A DNA stretch of 64,000 nt, taken from positions 124,001 through 188,000 of the IMG/VR virus record IMGVR_UViG_3300009430_000004; one strand, given 5' to 3'. Below, one piece after another: positions 60,301 to 64,000 of the stretch (position 1 is the stretch's first letter; every line of letters begins with the position of its first letter). A program made the translations under genes and the position numbers. The notes under the pieces were generated by a model. That model searched no databases, was not told where the DNA came from, and worked only from the letters and a program-made list of their open reading frames with translations.

Positions 60301-60338
60301 AGATTTTATACCTCCTAATTATATTAGTATCTATATTA

Positions 60339-60369
60339 ATAATATATACTTAGCGTGTCGTAAAATACG
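60339..60369 (-). promoter_or_regulatory. Bipartite motif CGTA-N17-TATATATTAT
   Basis: Minus strand reads CGTA TTTTACGACACGCTAAG TATATATTAT. Confidence 0.75.
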
Positions 60370-60398
60370 AAAAAAATAAGGATGGTGTAAAACCATCC

Positions 60399-60542
60399 TT
60401 ATTTTCTTTTTTTCTCTCTCTTAACGAATTTGTATGTTCCGTCATCATTCGTTACAAGCATCGGTGCATTATGAATTGCATACCCCATAAACACCACAGT
60501 TACTACAACACAGGCTATAAGAATCTTTACTACTAATGGCAT
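60399..60542 (-). CDS. Small single-TM membrane protein (47 aa, not in ORF track)
   Basis: MPLVVKILIACVVVTVVFMGYAIHNAPM...KREKKRK*; own TATATATTAT (60577-60586) and terminator (about 60374-60404). Confidence 0.6.
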   Translation of the reverse strand: MPLVVKILIACVVVTVVFMGYAIHNAPMLVTNDDGTYKFVKREKKRK

Positions 60543-60599
60543 ACCCCATACCCCTAATATATTATTTCATACTGTGATAATATATAAATATAACTTCTA

Positions 60600-60938
60600 T
60601 TAGGTCAATACTATTTTATACCCAATAAACTTTTGTATTGCTTCTCTTACACTAGGCTTATAACAAGCCACACAATTATCAATCGCAGTTTCATAGAGAT
60701 TTATGGCAATTATAACGCCATTGTTGTCAAATTCTATATCCCCACGAGTTGCCCCTGGTAATCTTATTCCATAAAAATTTGGTATAGTATTATCACATAG
60801 CATATATGTGAATCCACCATAATCTATACAAGATTTATACACATCTAATAAGTGTTCATCCATAGTTCTAGTTAGATCATTTACATACCTATCATTATTA
60901 CACTTTTCATACGGCTTCGTTGATACTAACTCTTCCAT
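60600..60938 (-). CDS. Hypothetical protein
   Basis: AGGAGG RBS before ATG 60938 (MEELVSTK...). Confidence 0.65.
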   Translation of the reverse strand: MEELVSTKPYEKCNNDRYVNDLTRTMDEHLLDVYKSCIDYGGFTYMLCDNTIPNFYGIRLPGATRGDIEFDNNGVIIAINLYETAIDNCVACYKPSVREAIQKFIGYKIVLT

Positions 60939-60948
60939 AACAAACCTC

Positions 60949-61347
60949 CTAAAATGAATTAAGAATTTCGGTAAAATAGAATAGTAAATCATGTGTTCTG
61001 ACAATGTTATTATTAAGAATAACAGAATCAATATTGTCAACTATCTTTATATAATACCTCTTATCCTTTTGTACTATTAAACCTTTCTTTGGGTCCATCA
61101 TCTTGAGGATTCTCACAAATAAATCAACGGACTTTTTCTCATTATAGAAAAATATCAATGAATCCTCATAGTTTGTTTCAATTGTATTCACGACAATATC
61201 CTTAAATCCCTCTTGCTCATGATAATGTAGCATTGTCAAAGGATATATATTAACATCTGTACTCGTCTTTGTACCTAAAACCGTTCGTATTGCATTAGGT
61301 TGCTTCTCTATAAATAAAGTTTTTGGAAATGATTTAATAAAATCCAT
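60949..61347 (-). CDS. Hypothetical protein
   Basis: 132 aa; AGGAGGGG RBS. Confidence 0.65.
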   Translation of the reverse strand: MDFIKSFPKTLFIEKQPNAIRTVLGTKTSTDVNIYPLTMLHYHEQEGFKDIVVNTIETNYEDSLIFFYNEKKSVDLFVRILKMMDPKKGLIVQKDKRYYIKIVDNIDSVILNNNIVRTHDLLFYFTEILNSF

Positions 61348-61462
61348 AATATCCCCTCCTATCTATTATATAATGGTTGGGAATATTTTATATAAGAACT
61401 CAATTTTTTCTTTACGAAAAAAACAATTAAATAAGACTAACTAAATAGAAAGGGGTGAGTTT

Positions 61463-62182
61463 ATGGCTATAACAAAACAAACTAGAAAACAAATGGAAGC
61501 CTTAATATATTCCGTTTTCGATGCTCTCGACCCTTCCAAAACAAATAGTAATAAATACAAGGATTTCTTCGGGGAAATGTCGGATTCACAGTTCGATTCA
61601 TTTTTTAGAAATTTCTTTAAGGATGAAAATCAGTATTTAACTCTTGATGTTGTGGATTATGAGAGAGATTTTAAGATTGAAAATGTTGAGCAAGCAGCTA
61701 AGATACTTGGGGTTCCATTATTTGAGAAAGTAGTTATGCCATTTGTTAATAAAAATACAGATAAACCAGTCATTACTAAATATGAAGTACCTGTGGGATA
61801 TGTGCATGTTAAGAGGGTTCAGCAGATGCTCAGTAAGAAGAACACTACTTCTACTGAAATAGCTTCCCGTTCAGCATTAACAGGACAGGTTGTTGGAAAG
61901 GATAAGAATGCAAGAGACTCTGATGCTGAAAACTTCGCATTAGTTACGCTTAATGCTAATGAGACATTAAGAGAGTTTATGGGTCCAAGAGCTGACGACT
62001 TAGTAATGAAGAATGAAATGTACGCTTCAATAGCACAAAAGGGATATGTTTCCCTAGACCAATTAACTAACCATGTTGAAAATAAGACTACTTTAAATGC
62101 CCTCGATGTACATCTAATAGGTATGGGTATTAAGTCAGACCTTGTTACTCAAGGATTATTGGTTAAGAAATCACTAAAATAA
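61463..62182 (+). CDS. rpoB: Split RNA polymerase beta subunit, C-terminal fragment (probably virion RNAP)
   Basis: VPVGYVHVKRVQQMLSKK, RSALTGQV, ENFAL, LREFMGPRADD match the beta C-terminal motifs (GxxYxxKL, YSxxTQQP, EVWAL, LQExLTxKSDD); late promoter at 61422-61434. Confidence 0.8.
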   Translation: MAITKQTRKQMEALIYSVFDALDPSKTNSNKYKDFFGEMSDSQFDSFFRNFFKDENQYLTLDVVDYERDFKIENVEQAAKILGVPLFEKVVMPFVNKNTDKPVITKYEVPVGYVHVKRVQQMLSKKNTTSTEIASRSALTGQVVGKDKNARDSDAENFALVTLNANETLREFMGPRADDLVMKNEMYASIAQKGYVSLDQLTNHVENKTTLNALDVHLIGMGIKSDLVTQGLLVKKSLK

Positions 62183-62185
62183 AAA

Positions 62186-62220
62186 AAATAAGGTATGGAG
62201 AAATCCATACCTTATTTTTA
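62186..62220. terminator. Bidirectional terminator
   Basis: AAATAAGGTATGGA-GAAA-TCCATACCTTATTT. Confidence 0.8.
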
Positions 62221-62224
62221 TTTT

Positions 62225-62554
62225 TTAATATGTTACTATATACTCATCATCTTCCCCATCGAATACACGTTTTGCTTCCATAACGGATTTGTATAAATCG
62301 AATAGAGTAATCGGATGAAAAGTATTAAGATACTCAATAAAAGTTCTTCCATCATTAACTATAGCCAAGGATTTATCACGATCAAATGTAATCGTAACCT
62401 TTTGAGTATTATCAAATTCATTGACAAATATAAACTTTGGAAAAACGTTATTAACGTTTACAAACCTAGTAGTTTGACAAACCTCATGATTTATTGATGT
62501 TCTAACCTTGTTGTACATTGACTGATAATCTTTTAATTCAAACATTTCTTTCAC
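62225..62554 (-). CDS. Hypothetical protein
   Basis: 109 aa; AAGGAGG RBS, GTG start. Confidence 0.65.
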   Translation of the reverse strand: MKEMFELKDYQSMYNKVRTSINHEVCQTTRFVNVNNVFPKFIFVNEFDNTQKVTITFDRDKSLAIVNDGRTFIEYLNTFHPITLFDLYKSVMEAKRVFDGEDDEYIVTY

Positions 62555-62564
62555 CCTCCTTATA

Positions 62565-63152
62565 TTAACCGTAAACTATAATGCCTTTTTTGGTACTGAT
62601 ACATCCAGTTAACCAACCAAAGGAATCTTGTTCACCTGCAAATACTCTATAACCTGCTCCTTCGACCTTCTTAATATTGGTCCAATTACATCTTCCATTA
62701 CTGGATATCAATGCACCGCAAGCTAACCCATCTATAATACGAGCAGCATCATCCTCATTATCACTATTCATGTCAATATATAATCGACCTTCATAGTCAT
62801 ATGACTTAACTTCAGATTCACCAGATTCAACTTTCTTGAGCATGTCAAGAAGTTCTGTCAAGTAATCCTTAGTTTCTGGATGTATCTTCTCTTCAAGAGG
62901 TGAAGGGTAATTATCAAAATGTCTCCAACCGAGACTGAGTAAGTATTCAAAAGCTTCAGCATTTCTATTACTGCTGAAATCTGAAACAGTCATTGAGATT
63001 TTGCTATAATCTGTTCTAACATTGAAAGTCTTAGCTTCCTCATCCTTTTGTCCGAGTTCTTTCCTTGTTAGGTTAACTCCATCAAAAGATACAATCTCAA
63101 GAATGCTACCCATATAGGTTTTAATAAAAACTGGTTTTTCTAATCTTATCAT
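62565..63152 (-). CDS. Hypothetical protein
   Basis: 195 aa; GGGAGG RBS; C-terminal 'GEQDSFGWLTGCI' motif. Confidence 0.7.
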   Translation of the reverse strand: MIRLEKPVFIKTYMGSILEIVSFDGVNLTRKELGQKDEEAKTFNVRTDYSKISMTVSDFSSNRNAEAFEYLLSLGWRHFDNYPSPLEEKIHPETKDYLTELLDMLKKVESGESEVKSYDYEGRLYIDMNSDNEDDAARIIDGLACGALISSNGRCNWTNIKKVEGAGYRVFAGEQDSFGWLTGCISTKKGIIVYG

Positions 63153-63247
63153 GATTTAATTCCTCCCACAGAATCAAAATATTTTTCACTAGCATCTATA
63201 TTTACTAGCGGAACATACAAATATATTATCTACGTATGTACACAATA

Positions 63248-63278
63248 ATAATATATATTCATCATGTTTTAATTTACG
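63248..63278 (-). promoter_or_regulatory. Bipartite motif CGTA-N17-TATATATTAT
   Basis: Minus strand reads CGTA AATTAAAACATGATGAA TATATATTAT. Confidence 0.75.
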
Positions 63279-63333
63279 ATTTTAATATTATAGGAACATA
63301 GAAATAATCGAAAATAATTGTGAGGTGATTATA

Positions 63334-63501
63334 ATGAGTGACAAAGGAGAATTGCACATTGTAACAGAAGTTGGGACATTTGGCGATTTAAATATAACCG
63401 ACCCAACAAAGAAAAAGGTGGCTAAAAAGGACGAAGATATGGATGCCCTTATAAGAGAAGCTCACCAGGAAAACATAAAAAATCTTGGACAGAAAAAGTA
63501 A
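63334..63501 (+). CDS. Small hypothetical protein (55 aa, not in ORF track)
   Basis: GAGGTG RBS; MSDKGELHIVTEVG...; late promoter at 63295-63307. Confidence 0.6.
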   Translation: MSDKGELHIVTEVGTFGDLNITDPTKKKVAKKDEDMDALIREAHQENIKNLGQKK

Positions 63502-63555
63502 TTGGTATGGGAGTTAGTCTCCCATGCCTAATTTTTATCGTAAGGAGATGGTTAT

Positions 63556-63702
63556 ATGGAAATTCAAACAATTGGTAATGATGAGGTAAAAATAGAGCCT
63601 CTACCAATAGAAGTGATAGAACCAATCGAACCACCAGTAATTGATTGTTCTGCTGTATTTTCAGCATTAGGGGTTCCCCCTCATTTACTAGGGGTTAAAT
63701 AG
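63556..63702 (+). CDS. Small Pro/Glu-rich protein (48 aa, not in ORF track)
   Basis: AAGGAG RBS; MEIQTIGNDEVKIEPLPIEVIEPIEPP...ALGVPPHLLGVK*. Confidence 0.5.
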   Translation: MEIQTIGNDEVKIEPLPIEVIEPIEPPVIDCSAVFSALGVPPHLLGVK

Positions 63703-63783
63703 AAAGTTAATAGTTAAAATAAATATATATTATCTTTCTGTAATCAAACATAAATAATCTAAATATAAAGGAGATGTATATCA

Positions 63784-64000
63784 ATGTTAAAAGTTTGCGT
63801 AATCGGTATAGGTAATGCTGGAAACCAAATAGCTGAGTTGGCTAAAAAGGAAAGAAACATTCCTGGGATTGCACTCAATTCAAGCGAGAAAGATATATCA
63901 ACACTATGTCACGTAGATAAGTTTATCGTAGGTGACGAAAAGGGTGCTGGTAAAGATCGTAATATCGCCAAAGAGTTTATGAGACAGAATATTCAAACAC
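63784..64000 (+). CDS. Tubulin/FtsZ-family GTPase (PhuZ/TubZ-like), 5' part; truncated by the window edge
   Basis: MLKVCVIGIGNAGNQIA (T1 loop), ALNSSEKD, KGAGKDR (T3-like); AAGGAG RBS; TATATATTAT at 63724-63733. Confidence 0.85.
   Translation, partial: MLKVCVIGIGNAGNQIAELAKKERNIPGIALNSSEKDISTLCHVDKFIVGDEKGAGKDRNIAKEFMRQNIQT

Noticed and set aside
61385-61416. Seventh bipartite promoter (minus-strand CGTA...TATATAAAAT)
   Set aside because: It has an 18-nt spacer and two mismatches, so I did not count it.
1-64000. CRISPR array, IS element or integrase
   Set aside because: I saw no regularly spaced direct repeats and no transposase or recombinase motifs.
1-64000. Stop-codon reassignment
   Set aside because: Conserved enzymes are full length in the standard code, and TAA, TAG and TGA all end genes right before terminators or the next RBS.

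Overview
An AT-rich, gene-dense segment of a jumbo phage of the phiKZ/AR9-like type, which encodes its own split multisubunit RNA polymerases. The host is most likely a Gram-positive Firmicute, inferred from strong Shine-Dalgarno sites, Amidase_3 endolysins, an XkdX-family gene and no recognisable spanins. The window holds three split RNAP subunits (beta'-C, beta'-N/M with NADFDGD, beta-C), a full-length polyphosphate kinase PPK1, and a ~28 kb minus-strand virion/lysis block with three tail-fibre + receptor-binding-protein pairs and two tandem amidases. It also holds replication genes (PD-(D/E)XK nuclease, SbcD-like nuclease, DnaB, Dda/RecD-like helicase, GyrB, GyrA) and the start of a tubulin/FtsZ-family gene at the right edge that the ORF track misses. 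The intergenic DNA shows a three-class promoter grammar: AACA-N6-TAA (16 exact copies, mostly before virion genes), TATATATTAT alone (8 copies, mostly before replication/transcription genes), and a strictly spaced bipartite CGTA-N17-TATATATTAT (6 exact copies). Four bipartite copies precede small orphan genes. Two precede structured, terminator-ended units with no credible ORF that look like phage small RNAs. All calls come from motif reading; no searches were run.
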